Part shown: positions 1-62,484 of the stretch, one piece after another
Numbering within the stretch: the first letter of the stretch is position 1
Layout of the letters: each line of letters starts with the position of its first letter
Program-made: the position numbers and the translations under genes
The notes under the pieces: model-generated
What the model was told of the DNA's origin: nothing
The model's database searches: none
The model's input: the letters and a program-made list of their open reading frames with translations, nothing else
Source: Tubiluchus corallicola
Taxonomy: Eukaryota; Animalia; Priapulida
Length of the DNA stretch: 64,000 nt
NCBI GenBank assembly: GCA_030141605.1
Contig: JAQGDQ010000969.1
Location: 10,660-74,659, forward strand
Direction of reading: 5' to 3'

Positions 1-138
1 GTTTAAAACATGTACACAGAAATCGCAGCTAAATTGTACTGATTGCTTGACGTTTTAAACGTTTTAATCTAAAAGTACATTTGTAGTTGAAGAGACGAAT
101 TATTGGAACCCATAATTTTAGGTTCGAATTGTTTTCAA

Positions 139-940
139 ATTAAAGAAACTTGTTTGAATTGAATTTGAATGTCGGATGCTCACTTCTACGTTAGAAACAA
201 TGGCAGAGTTAGGCCAGGATATGTGCTCTTCATCACAACTTTGCCATTTTACTGATACAGCCGTGTGATTTTGCATTAAAAAACTTGTTTGAAATGAATT
301 CGAACTCTCTCTTGTAGCTCACCCCTATTAGAAACAATGACAGAGTCAGGACAGGATTTGAGTTTTTCATCACAACTTTGCCATTTTACTGATACAGCCG
401 TGTGATTTTGCATTAAAAAACTTGTTTGAAATGAATTCGAACTCTCTCTTGTAGCTCACCCCTATTAGAAACAATGACAGAGTCAGGACAGGATTTGAGT
501 TTTTCATCACAACTTTGCCATTTTACTGATACAGCCGTGTGATTTTGCATTAAAAAACTTGTTTGAAATGAATTCGAACTCTCTCTTGTAGCTCACCCCT
601 ATTAGAAACAATGACAGAGTCAGGACAGGATTTGAGTTTTTCATCACAACTTTGCCATTTTACTGATACAGCCGTCTGATTTTGAATTAAAAAAACTGGT
701 TTGAAATGAATTCGAATGCTTGGATGCTCACCCCTATTAGAAACAATGACAGAGTCAGGACAGGGTTTGAGTTTTTCATCACAACTTTGCCATTTTACTG
801 ATACAGCCGTGTGATTTCGAATTAAAAAAATTAGTTTGAAATGAATTCGAATGCTTGGATGCTCACCCCTATTAGAAACAATGACAGAGTCAAGCCAGGA
901 TATGAGTTTTCATCACAACTTTGCCATTTTGCCGATACAG
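139..940. repeat. Tandem repeat, ~138-bp unit, ~5.7 copies
   Basis: Recurring AGAAACAATGACAGAGTCAGGACAGG...CACAACTTTGCCATTTTACTGATACAG. Confidence 0.9.
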
Positions 941-1208
941 TAGTTGTCACGCTGTACATTTTCACGCATTGCATATAATCAAATGCATTTCATACATAAT
1001 TTTACATGGAAATCCTTTGTGTGAGGAGTAGAAACGTACAAAAATTATCCAACATAACATAATTGCTGCTTAGTGAAAACAGTTTTTCATGAACCCATGC
1101 AAAATGCAGCAAATGCTGTACGGTCCCGAAGGAGTTAAATTCTTCTAAGGCGCTGTGATCGTAGTATCTAGTTTAGGAACTAAAGTTTCTATCTGTTTGC
1201 GATTTCAG

Positions 1209-30502
<29,294 letters not shown>

Positions 30503-31939
30503 TGACGAGCCATCGAGAACACGCGGGGTTTTGGGATTGTGTGATGATGAGCCATCGAGAACACGCGGGGTTTTGGGATTGTGTGATGACGAACCATCGA
30601 GAACACGCAGGGTTTTGGGATTGTGTGATGACGAGCCATCGAGAACATGCAGGGTTTTGGGATTGTGTGATGACGAGCCATTGAGAACACGCAGGGTTTT
30701 GCTATCAGTTACAGCCAGGGTCGGGTTATGACTTTTGGGGTCCCATCAGACGAAGCCACCCTCTATATCGCCCGCCCGCGTCTTGAATATTTTTTACTCG
30801 TGATATTTACATGGCGATTAATTGAGTGTATCCAGCTGAAGTCTGTGCCACGATCCCAAAGATAGTGCGGGTAGTTTTTTCTACTAGATTGGATGCCTTA
30901 CAAAACGGTTGTAGCTTAATGTCACTGTACTACACTGACTGTGTGATACACATTAGTAATATGCATTGTAATGAAATTACCACTATCTGTCCTGAAAGTA
31001 GGAATATGTGGTTTGTAATATAAATTTTGATAACTTCTAATATAGTTTCTTGAGTGTATTAGTAATGATGTATGCAGGTCGGATGCAAAAAAATCATTAT
31101 TAGGCCTTTCTGTACTTGGCTCCTTGATCAAACTGCCTGTGGCCTGCATGAATTGCGGGAATGTTTAATGTGGCCCGGCTAGTCAGATAATTTGCACACC
31201 CCTGTCGTAGAATTTTCAAATAAATTCCCTGTCCTTTCCTTGACCAAATATTGATTTTCCATGACCAAATATTCATTTTTCATGACCAAGATAAGCAGAA
31301 ATTCCATTACCAATATACATATTCAAACATTCTTGTGTTTATATGTATTAATGACGTCGGCACAGTTGCAGTAGAGCTAACGAAATTACACTAATCACAT
31401 TAAATAAACTTTCTTAGTCCAATCATAATTTTTGGAACAGAAATCTGCGCCTGAAATAGCAATATTTCACTCGAACACAAATCTCTAAAAACACCTCTGT
31501 TTGAAAGAATATCGATTCGCAGTGATTTTTTTGCAATCCTTTCCAATTTCCCTGACGGCCCTATTTCATCATTTTCCGGGATTTTTTATCAAATTATTTT
31601 TTTCCCTGACTTTCCAGGATAACCTGTATTTTCAAGGATTGATGTTTTCCCTGTCCGTGGGAACCCTGGATTTCCAAAGCCCTAGACTGCAGCCTATACT
31701 AGCCTATAGGCTAATCCTGCCCTGTTGTATGTATGGCTTACTTAATCTATAGGATAATCTAGGCCTGGTTGTAGAGGATGACTTTTATTCGTCTGACAGT
31801 TTTGTGGGATCGTGTAATGATTGCTTTTTTGTTATGAAACTGATAAGTTTTAGAAAGAGATATTTACTTTATAGAACTGCAAAGCTACTTGCAAATTGAT
31901 TTACATTGTAAATTTTTCATGCATTTGCAGCTAATGTTC

Positions 31940-32440
31940 AAAGCTAATCCAGATTGAAAATTCCGGGAATCAAGATTGTAGATGGCGACACTAGCAGGTT
32001 GCAATGAATTCATTGGAAATGTCTAAGCTAATCCAGATTAGTAGTTTCAAGAATTAAGATTGTAGATGGCGATACTAGCAGCTTGCAATGAATTCATTGG
32101 AAATGGCTAAACTGATTCAGATTAATAGTTTCAAAAATTAAGATTGTAGATGGCGACACTAGCAGGTTGCAATGAATTCATTGGAAATGTCTAAGCTAAT
32201 CCAGATTAGTAGTTTCGAGAATTAAGATTGTAGATGGCGATACTAGTAGCTTGCAATGAATTCATTGGAAATGTCTAAGCGAATCCAGATTAAAAATTCT
32301 GGGAATCAAGATTGTAGATGGCGACACTAGCAGCTTGCAATGAATTCATTGGAAATGTCTAAGCTGATTCAGATTAATAGTTTCAAAAATTAAGATTGTA
32401 GATGGCGACACTAGTAGCTTGCAATGAATTCATTGGAAAC
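31940..32440. repeat. 84-bp tandem repeat, 6 copies
   Basis: GATGGCGA starts at 31981, 32065, 32149, 32233, 32317, 32401. Confidence 0.92.
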
Positions 32441-33147
32441 ATGTTGTAGTGGTGGTATTTCTACTCACGGGTAGCACCAGCCATTATGTAATTTTATAAC
32501 CTTCCTGTAACTTTGTCAATGAGAATGACAAGGCACAGAACGTTTCATTTTACAGTTTAACACTTTGCCGGAATCTGGCATTCGACAGCGAAAAACTATT
32601 TAATGTAGATAGATATCACAAGTTCTAACATGAGATGCTGAAATGACAGAGATTTCTTAGCTATTTCAGTTAGGTATACATGCTTTCTCAGTGTGGCAAT
32701 CAACAAACAGTTTCTTGAATGGTCACCCATCCATCCACCGTTGCAGCATTTGTTTAATAATATTCATTATGCAGATTTGTTTGTTTATTAATCTATACAC
32801 GGATGCACATTTCGAACTGTGTTTGTTTATGGGTTGTTACAAATGTGTTTTTTTTATATAGTGAATTAAACATTGTTGTGCATTGTTAAAAATGTTTGTT
32901 TGTTTTATGAAGTATTGCTAATTCTGTGAATAACACCAAGTGTTTGCTTGCATAGCAAAATTATCCATGAGTCGGCAATTAAGTTTTTCTAGTTATTCAC
33001 ATATCCTGAATCTCCATTTCATGAGGATTATTTTTATACCAAGCTCATCACTCTATGTTATTTCTAAGCTGAGATAATCCATGTTGAAGTTGAGGTGCAG
33101 GCTGCGCACTGAAAAATAATAACCTTGAGAAAATTGCTGTTGAAGTT

Positions 33148-33441
33148 CTTCTTCTTCTTCATCAAAATCTCATTCCACCTGTTGTAGGCATTGAGGTATC
33201 AACATTTGTTAGAGTATTCCACCCATTTCTATCTGCAGCTGACAGCACAAGTTCTTCTACTCCCAAAGAAAGATTTGGTTGAAGTTGAGCATCTTTATTT
33301 ATCTTAGCTATCCAAGTTGTTTTAGGTTCACCAGGTGGTTTTTTTGCAAGGTTTTAAGGCTTCCGTTAAGATGATACTTACTGTTGCTTCATTTGGTAAT
33401 CTTAGAAGATATCCTAGTCATCTTAATCTTCGGATCTTGAC
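33148..33441 (-). mobile_element. RTE-clade LINE 3' fragment nested in a MITE
   Basis: (AAG)n tail, TSD GTTGAAGTT (33139-33147/33442-33450), remnant KPPGEPKTTWIAKINKD...AADRNGW. Confidence 0.7.
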
Positions 33442-34241
33442 GTTGAAGTTTTCGTTTTCTCTCGCGTTCTTACAAAACACTTAGGAACCGCACAAATGTT
33501 GGTTGCTATGGACTGATCACATTGAAGTTATGCTTAAATCCAGTAGATGGTTCTTCGTGGTGAAGATCTGGTCTTGGCAACAAAAAACCTGAAGCGAAAT
33601 GACTGCTTCCACGAGCTACAATCGGAGTTTGAAAATACGAGTTTTTCTCAACTGTAGTACCAGTTTATAGACAGAAAAGTGAGTACGGGGTTATAAAATT
33701 AGATTTTTAGTACTTTTTGAAAATTTTTTGCCAATTTGATACTAGAATATAAAACTTCAATTTTTATAATGAGACATCGTAGTAGTAACGTAGTTTAAAC
33801 TATGCCGACTTGTGGACAGTTTTGGTTTGCAAGCACTCAAATAGTTTTATTAACAAGATGACTGTGTTCGTATTGCTGAGAAACATTTAGTCGTCAGAAA
33901 TCATTCTTGTATAAGTATATTTGGGTCGCAATGAAATGTAAAAATAATTATGTCCAATTTTAACTGCTATTGATAAAATGAATTTGAGTTGAATTGAATT
34001 GTATAAAACCTGCAAAGTGACACCCCGCGTAACGACTTTCCTTTCAGCGACCATTCACTTTAGCAACACGGAAACTTTCCCATTTCTTTCAATGTAACGA
34101 CAAATGTCTTGTTTTGCTTCTTACAGTTTTTACTTCCTATTGATTTGATGACCATGTTTTGTTAGAATGTCGTTGACGAGGATTTACTGCAGGACTGTTT
34201 CCGTTTAATCACTCACAGGACCGAAAAACATAACTTGTAAG

Positions 34242-34840
34242 CAGGGCCAGATTGACCTGTTGGGACCCCCTCAGACGAAGCCCCCCCCCCCTCTAACTCA
34301 CCTGCGTTCATTTTGAATATTTTTATTCCTGATATAATTTAGCTACATTTACATAGCTCGAAGTAAACATATTGTAAATTCTTTATAATTAAGGAGCCTC
34401 CTCAGATAGAGCCACCCTCTAACCTGCTTACACCCATCTTAAATATGTATTTTTTTCTTAATGTATTTTAGCAATGTTTACATTGCTTGTAGAAAACTTA
34501 GTGCAAATTCTTTATAATTATGGAGCCTCCCTAGATGGAGCCAACGTCTAACTCACTTACACCTGTCTTGAATATGTATTTTAGCAACATTTACATAGCT
34601 TGTAGAAAACTTAGTGAAAATTCTTTATACAAACTAGAATAACTATCTTTTATATTTTCTTTGTCCATAAAAATGATTTAAGAAATACAACTATTTTACC
34701 ATTTACTGCAAACCAAATGGCAAATTAGCACATAATTATTTCAACACAACCTTAGTGAAAAACTTTTTTTACTAAATGTTACTAAAGCATGAGGAGCCTT
34801 AGCCTGCAGCCCAAACTTGCCTGTAAGATAATCTGGCCCT
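34242..34840. mobile_element. hAT-like MITE (TIR CAGGGCCAGATT / AATCTGGCCCT)
   Basis: Related copy 30711-31772 in the HERC4 3' region carries nested MITEs. Confidence 0.55.
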
Positions 34841-35320
34841 ACTTGGCCCTAAGCTGCAGTTTATCTGGCCCGGGTAGGAAGCTTAGAACCCCCCCTTTTT
34901 ACTATGACCACACTGTTTTTCATACAGGATGGTGTCACTGTTGCCAAGTTTAAACTAACCAAGGCATATATTAATGCTATAGATGCCTATTAAGGATTGT
35001 TGTTATGAGGAAAGAAGCCATTTAGTATGTTGTACTTACAGTGGACTGTTGTTAAACGAGACGAAGCCATTCAATATGTTGTACTTACAGTGGACTGTTG
35101 TTAAACGAGACGAAGCCATTTTGCATTGTAAATAAAAATATATTGCTCAATAACAAACGGATTCTTTGCTCGAAATTTATTCTGTCAAAATTTTACAGAA
35201 AATACAAGTTCTTCACAACTTCCAACCTCGTCTCTCTCTCACACATTTCACATCCTGGACAAATATGACATCAACTGATGACGTCGTTGTCTTAATTTCA
35301 TCGAGTGATGATCTAATCAC

Positions 35321-41751
<6,431 letters not shown>

Positions 41752-42215
41752 ATTTCTGGTCTAGATTCCTTCTGGTTTCAGATGGAATAGGATTTCTAAT
41801 TCCTCATAATAAAACTACTTCCACATATTAAACGATGGAAGCAGAGAAAAGATCGACAACTAGATGGCGCAGCGCATTTTAATTTAAAAAAAATGACAAT
41901 TATCATAGAGTAAAATCAACTTGTTATTTTATAAAAATAAATTTAAAAAATCCTCAAATTTTTTACCCTAGTAAACGGCAAATCTATTTTAAGTTCACAA
42001 TATAAAATAATTATTATCAAAATGTGACGTCATCTGGGCGAAGTTTTCTGTCGGCCATTTTTTCTCGTATTGTGGTTCGTGTGTAGTTTTGTCTGGAAGA
42101 AATTCAAAAATTGGGCAAATTTATACTTACATAGTTTGCTGAATTTATTAAGTTCATTTTCATTAAAAGGGTTTTGGGAAAAGGAAGAAAATAAAGTGCA
42201 GATAACTTACTTGCA
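41752..42215. promoter_or_regulatory. Bidirectional RACK1/PP2A-C promoter region
   Basis: 464 bp between divergent ATGs. Minus-strand TCT/TOP-like start CTTTTCTCTGC (41851-41841), TAGATGGCGCAGCG (41861-41874), CRE palindrome TGACGTCA (42025-42032), YY1-like GGCCATTTT (42053-42061). Confidence 0.7.
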
Positions 42216-54996
<12,781 letters not shown>

Positions 54997-56004
54997 ATGT
55001 CGCCACCATGCACCTAGCGGGGTTTATCGGCATCGTGAACGTCGTCGCTCCGATCCTACGTTAATATTCGGGGTGTTTATATAATCACTCTGCTATCACC
55101 AATAAATGTTTTTGTTGCTTTCTCTTGTTAAAAATCATCTGCTTTTGGGTATTAAATTCGAATCTAAGTTTAAATTTATTAAATTTGAATTCAATTCTGA
55201 GTAAGCGTGACAAGCAGAATGTCATCAAAGTCGGTTGAAATGCAACCCCCGTGGCTCTCGATACTCGATCTGTAGTGATGGGCGATTTTGAAATTTTGTC
55301 AGTCAATATCACGATTGATCTTTGCCAAAATTTTTTAGTGTTGTAACCAGATTTTTCAAACATCGCAGTACTTAAATATGGCCTATAAACTTCTTCGTGG
55401 CTTTCATCGCTGTCTGCCATTTTCATACTTGAGACTACCCACGTCACGTGAAGGGAATTTGAAGATCCTGTGGTTTACAATTGTGTGCATTGTGTACGGT
55501 AAGGAAAATGAAGGAAAAACTGCAAGAATTTTCGTTTACTTGTGCTAAAACATTTCCTTTTAGTCAGAGTGTAACACGTACATCTTGCTCTTGATTAACT
55601 GAATTACTTGTTCAATAGCCGATTATGTTGATTTATACGTGGTTGTAATCTGGATTAATTCAGCTAATCTGTTAATCGCCCATCACTGCCCAACTGTTCC
55701 CACTGCTGCGCTCTAGTTGTCCATTACCCGCTGCTTGTTGACAGGTTGTTTGTTAAATGTGAATTTGAGTTTTGCATGTCTTTGATTTAAGATTTTATCT
55801 TTGTGGGTTTCTGCCGATTTGAGGGATAATGATGCCTCCCGAAGTTAATCATAAACAAGAACTTATTTATGCATTTCAAAAGTCGCGTTGACAAAGTGTT
55901 GTTCTCAGTGTCATACACATATTTTTTCCTTAACTCCTTCACTACGACGGCTAATATTTGTGTTTTAGCATCCCCGAATAAAGTTGCCCATAGCGACGTA
56001 CATG

Positions 56005-56768
56005 CATGCACGGGCGCTGCCAAAATTTGATGCGCAAGCAACGTGGGGGGGGGGGGTCTGGGGGCCTCGGCCATCGGCGCATTTTCCTGTATTTAAGGAC
56101 ATTTTGGAGGCCTCAAATGAGATCTAGATTCTGGTACATAGACTTCCTTAAATGTGAAAAAGTTTTCGGCGCATTTTCCTGTATTTAAGGACATTTTGGA
56201 GGCCTCAAATGAGATCTAAATTCTGGTACATAAACTACCTTAAACGTGAAAAATTCTGCTTTAACAAACACATGTTACTCACATTTACCTAAGTAGTATC
56301 CATTGTATTCTATTGTAGCAATCATATATGTTAAAAACTAGTTCGTAATACACTGTAATGCAGGTGACTCATTACTTAAGCTTAATTTATTTAATGTAAA
56401 GATTATCTATCCAGCAAAATGTGGATAGTCAAACGTAAAACTGCTTTGAGACTGTTAAGTTTACAGCCCACCCACTGTTCATACAAAATTTAATAAGTTT
56501 GCGTGCGTGCTAATTTTTCCCATTGGACACAGCTAAATGGCAGAATGCCTTTGCCACACATGCATTTTACTGCATTTCAGACCATTTTGCGGTTGCTAGA
56601 AGCAGCTATTTCCTCGTACAAGTTCACTAGTGTAAAACGCATTATTGCGTAAACAAACGGGTTGTTTTTTTTTGGTTAACTGCCGAAAAATTTTATCTAT
56701 AAAAAGTTGTTTAATTTAAGAAATACTGTGGACGCACCTGCATCATGTACCTGCCGGCGCCCGTGCAT
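56005..56768. mobile_element. MITE with TIR (CATG)CACGGGCGC, internal ~90-bp duplication
   Basis: CATGCACGGGCGCTGC ... GCCGGCGCCCGTGCATG. Confidence 0.55.
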
Positions 56769-58869
56769 GCGTAAGATACTACATTTTCCGAAAGAGAATT
56801 AAATTTTCTCTAGCACTGTAAATTTAATGCTCATGTTTTTTCACTCAATGGACAATTAACAGGATTATTGGAAAAATTCGCAAAATTTTCAGTTTTTTTA
56901 TTTCAATGTCTCCCAGCTTCCAAGTTTATCACTTGTATCTAAAACTGTTCGGTGCAAAAACAGTAGAGCATTCATTTCTGCCTAAAATTTCGCAAAAAGC
57001 ATTCAGATCACTGTAAGTTTCTGGTCAAACGCGCTAAGACATTACGAAATTTGCACTGGAATTACAGAATTTTTATCTATTAGATTGCGGAAAACTTCTT
57101 CGAAGACTGAAACAAAGAAAACAACAAATAAACTTCTTGTATGTTGGTCATTTTTTTTTAATTTCAATAAATTTGGAGGCTGGAAAGTTTAGCTAATAAG
57201 GCACTGTCACAGATGACAGGTATATGTGTGTGTGTGTGTGCAGCCGTCGGGAAGGAGTTAACGTTGGAAAATTATCTATTATGATTTTAGCTGAATTGCG
57301 TCCTGTTCGGGGGGGGGTGTCATAGCCGGTAAGGTCTTACTACTGTGATGAGTCCTTATAGGCGTAAGAAGAACCTTCTAAAATGGATCTTGTGTGTAAG
57401 AATTTAGTTGTTTTGCACTTGTAAAGCCGGGAATTGATGCATTCGTCTAGAATTGCCTGCCACCTCGTGGTTCCGCTCTTATTGCATTGTGCCTGTTTGC
57501 ATCGTTCACCTAGGCACAGTTATTTTATCTCTCGTTTATCGCTGCAATGGGAAAAAATGGCAAATTCAACTTTAATTGACCTTTGACCCCATTGCGTTAA
57601 CGTTTGACCTCTGCATGCCTGTTTGCATCATTCGCCCGAACACAGTTTTTTATCTCTAATTTATCGTTGCAATGGGAAAAAAATGGCAATTCAACTATGA
57701 TTGACCTTTGACCCCATTGCGTTAACGTTTGACCTCTGTTTTTTCATTCTAGTTTGCCGCCCGTTGCCTTGCATCTCTTCACCTGTCCTCAAGCCGCGTG
57801 TATCTGATATTAGTTTTAATCTTGTCATTTTGATGCATACTGTAAAAGATCAAAACATTGTACAGGCCTATACAAGCATGTGTTATAGTGTAAAGGGCTT
57901 CGGCAAGTCAGAAAGTTCGCCGGTCGTGGGAATTTCCATGGCTTCTACCGTGTATTTTGGTTTTGGTTTGTTACTACCAGCCTACTGTCTGATCTGTTGA
58001 AGTCCGGCAATAATGCTTTGTTTTTGTTAAAAAGTTCTTACAAGGGTCATTCGGTCCAGCCTGGCCATTTTCCGTTGCTCCTTATAATGGTCAACACTGG
58101 ACAGGTGTGCCCTCTGTGTAGACGATGACGACGAAACTTGCTTGTGTATTAATATTGCTGCCATTTAGTAGACAAATAAAAGATTAAAAATGTTATTGAG
58201 TTGGTGTTAGTTTTTATCTTGCTGTTATCACCATTTTTGTGTCATTCAAGTAGAAACTTCAATTTTAATTTTTTTTTTATTTCACATAAATAATATATCA
58301 TAGTAACTTACATTTTACATACATACATGAACATCATTATATAATTTTAGTTCGAGCTAACAGGTATAATGATAACAATTAGTATCTACCAATGATTATA
58401 CTACTGCAGCAATTCAAGATGCTTATAATAGCTTGTAAAAATGGCTGAATCGAAACGAGAAGAATCTATATACGAAAGCATGTTGAAAAGAATAAGTCAT
58501 GGCTAAAATGAGAAGAAACGTAGGCAAAGTCACGTTTCACGTAAAATTTTAATTAGGAAAAGCTAGATTTTGGATGGTTGATTATGGATGATTTTTTTCC
58601 TTTTAAAGATAAGATAATATATATCTTCATCGGCATGATATAAACAGTATATATTTGTAAAACATGAGCTTAAAGCTTGCAAACCGATATCAATCATAAT
58701 GTCGATAACGTGGTAATAATATGTACTTCTTAAATCTTTTGGATGCCACCAGAGGTATTGGTACAAGAAAACTTTATAACTACATGAAGACAATAAAAAT
58801 TTTAGGCAGTAGCATTTTCTAAAATTTACACAAAAAGCTATCTAGGTCAATAAAAAATTTTCCTGCCAA

Positions 58870-59080
58870 CATTTCAGCATTTAATTACAACTTAACAAAA
58901 TTGTGAAGTTCGCTGAATTTAGAAATGGCACATTTACATGATACACCGGTCCATGAGTTAATTAGACGTTTAAATTCCCCAAGATTTTCGGCCATTTGGA
59001 GACAGTTTGGTAATTCATTCCACAAAGTGGCTCCATAATCGGAGAAACTTTTCTTGCCGTATGAAACTTTTCTTGCCATA
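58870..59080 (-). mobile_element. CR1/L2-group LINE 3' remnant
   Basis: SYGKKSFSDYGATLWNELP...EFKRLINSW.G.SCKC. Confidence 0.65.
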
Positions 59081-59738
59081 TGCCTTTTAGTTTAAAAGTA
59101 GAGTAAACCAGGTGCACATCACATCTACCTCGTGGTTCCTAAATGCTATGAAAAAGATGAATTAAAATAGAAGCCATATGAGGAGATGAATAATAATCGA
59201 AAAACTGAGCGATCTTCAGTGTTCTTGATCCTTTCACCTGAGGTCACCATACCGTTGCCTGTTTCCCACCCTCTTGTGTCTGCCCACCAAGTTTGTTGAC
59301 TCGAGGTACCATCATTTTTGAGTTTTGCACTGCCTATGAAATGCTTAAATCTGTTCTCCTTGAGTAATTGCTAAATCCCTTGTTTTACTGCTGTGCATAA
59401 ATATGATGATGGTACATAAATATGGTGGTAACATAAGTGTTAAATAATCGCAGTCTTATGTTAAGATTTAATTTCTTGCTAGTTAATACATTCTTGTGTT
59501 GAAGAGAAGCATGCATTGCTTGTTGCTTTCTACTTTAATATCATCTTTGGTTCCCTGGGCTCAGGGATAAAAGGCGACGCCAATTTTTTTTTATCGTTGT
59601 CAATAGATGGCGCAGCGTCAATTTACAATGGGATGATGTTACTGCACAACTGCATTGTCATCGTGAGTCATTTCTAGTTACATTCAGTGCTTTATTAAAC
59701 TAGTAAGATATTAAGTTTAGTACAAAATTATTACATGC

Positions 59739-62484
59739 ATGGCTTCCTATTTTGATGAGCACAATTGTGAACCATTAGGACATGGAGAACAACCGAATCA
59801 TCTTTTACATTTGGCAAGGTATGACTGTAAATTCGTTTGATAGTGCATCTTTCTGCCTTTAGGCTAGCTTAATACGGCACGTTTCTAACATATTTTTTCA
59901 ACCTTATATTGAGACGTTCTGGCCAATTGTCTGTGAAATACCTGTTTTATCAGTTGTGTTAATGACTAACTGCTCAATTTTAAAGTCGAGTTAATCAGGC
60001 TTATATATTTTTTTGGAATGGGTATCATAGTGATCTTCATAATAAGCCTTTTCATAATTTCGTTGTGTACACGCGCAGTTGCTGTAGGTCTAGTTCTCTT
60101 GTGTTGTCTGGCTCACTTAACCTTTGACGCTTTCGTGAACATTATCAATTTCTATAACTGTAAAAAGACTTATTGTATACTGTTTATGGCTATCACTAAG
60201 GTTTCTAATAATTTCTATGGGGTCATAATATACAGAGCTTATTTTTGACATAGTCACATATAATTATAACAATAATAATAATAATTCAACACATCATTTT
60301 GCACTCTTCAAGAAAATGTTTCTGTAGTCATGGTGACTAGTCATCATTTAAGGAATTGTTATAATTATTGATTTGCAACATTTTTTGTTTAATTCAGGCT
60401 GTTACTAGATAGTGGAGTTGGGATGCAGCTTGATATGGAATATTCAGAATTGATGGGAGAGCAGAAAGCGCCACCTGCTGCCAAATCTGAAGTCGAAAAA
60501 CTACCTGTTGTTCAACTGAGCAAAGAAGATATAGGTACATACAAGTATATTAAAAAATTATGTAATGTAATATGTGTTATGTTAGTTTTGTAATGTCAAA
60601 TGTATAAATAGTGTGAATGTAATGAGTGAAATTTATGTAATGTAAAGCATGTTTCTGTTAATTGTGTCATGTTAAATGTATATATAGTGTAAAATGTGTC
60701 ATGTAAAATTGTATTTTTGTAATATTGTTTTGTAAAAATATTTTAATATGGTGTTTGTAAATATGTTCATTTATTGTATATAATTAGGCCTTAGTTTTGC
60801 ACTTTAGTTTTTTTTAGTATGCACTGGACGCATTTGTCTTGAACAGTGTTGTTATTTTAACATTATGCTGAGGCTTACTCAATTTTATTATAATGAGTGA
60901 ACCATTTTAATAGCAAATAAAGAATTTATATACATATATATATATATGAATGTTGATATCAACCCCACGTAGTGTAAACATTGGAGTACCACAAGGCTCG
61001 ATCCTCGGACCTCAACTTTTCTTAATCTATATTACCGATTTGTGTTTAAGAAATAACTCGTTACAGTTAACTCAATTTGCAGACGATCTTCTTCAATCTC
61101 AGTAATTTTTCAATTGAAATGACTAACTTTGCCTACTATGCTAAGAAATTTTTGTTTAGGTTATGAATGTGTTTTGTACTCAAGTTTATAATAGCCTGTA
61201 GGCAAACGTGTATACTGGAGCAGTACACATATGCTAAACAATTACTACACAAGTGTAAAAACATTTAGTCATGTCAAGCAAATATCACGCTTCTCTCTGG
61301 CGGAAAAAGAGCCTGTCAATGTTTTCTTGTCAATTGCCACTATGACTGTTGCATTTACAATAATATTACTGTGATGAAGCGGTGTGCTGTACAGCTTGCA
61401 AACAATCAAAACATGATAGCAGACATTCTACGCAAATGACATCTGGTCAGTGTCAATGACTCATCGGAGGATATAGCAGTCTCATACAGCTGCAGTATAT
61501 ATATTGATAAGCCATTAGCACTAGTTGCGACTGCTGGCAATATTTTCCCATTGAACATGTTACATGTACATACATTCATAAGCCTTCTTAGAGTTTCGGC
61601 GATTGATGATGATCATGAAAAGGTCAAATTTTAAGTGTACCAGACAATGCATTTGTGTACACTTGACAATGCCTCGCAGCCCAACCTGTTGTAATAGAAA
61701 CAGTTCTAACCAGTTCTTACCTGGTTCATTTCTTCTTTTTCCCAAGCAAGATCCTACTAGTAAATCACTCTTCGCACAGACTAATGCGTAATTAAGTAAA
61801 ATCAGCGTAAAACAACTGAAGTTACTGAACTTATGCTGCAGACGGCTTTGCTTTGCCCGCATCTCACGTGACAGTTTATTTTAAGACGTGTTACTGTCAC
61901 ACACTTAACCTGTGACCTACCGCAACTGCACGTGTGCACAACAAAACTGTGAAAAGACTTATTTGTCTGATGGATGGCGGGTAACTTGAGGCTGAGCAAT
62001 GGTTATTTTGATACATATTTGAATACAGCTGTTTTGTTTTTCACTTTTTGCAAGCGATAAATGTGTTTGACAGAACAGCAGGGCGATTTAATCAGGTTTG
62101 ACTGTAATTATGATTGCTGAATATCAGTTTAGACAGAATAACTGAAAAAAATTACTCAGTTTCATGATGATCTTAGTTGACACTTAATTGTCTATTTCTT
62201 TGTATTTTAATTGCTCACTTTTACTTGTTTCAGTTCGACGGGCCGCGTGCCCGATATGTCTGCTGGATTTTGATGTAGAGGATCGTGTGCGTCGCATGCC
62301 ATGTGGACATCAGTTTCATGATTCGTGTATCGTTCCGTGGTTAGCGCAGACGAACAGTTGTCCCGTGTGCAGGCACGAACTGCCTACCGATGATCAGGAA
62401 TACGAGGAGTACAGAAGACAAAAATTGCTAGCGAAAGATCGCCAGGAACGAATAGATAACCTGCACAACAGCATGTTTAGCTAG
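59739..62484 (+). CDS. RNF181: RING-H2 E3 ubiquitin ligase RNF181, 155 aa
   Basis: Exons 59739-59818, 60398-60534, 62234-62484. N-terminal [31 protein letters not shown]2 CPICLLDF...[26 protein letters not shown]-terminal LHNSMFS. Confidence 0.93.
60975..61090 (+). mobile_element. LINE reverse-transcriptase fragment in RNF181 intron 2
   Basis: [20 protein letters not shown]...QFADD. Confidence 0.7.

Noticed and set aside
57335-57370. Hammerhead-like CTGTGATGAGTCC..GGCG
   Set aside because: Core is interrupted and GAAA is absent.
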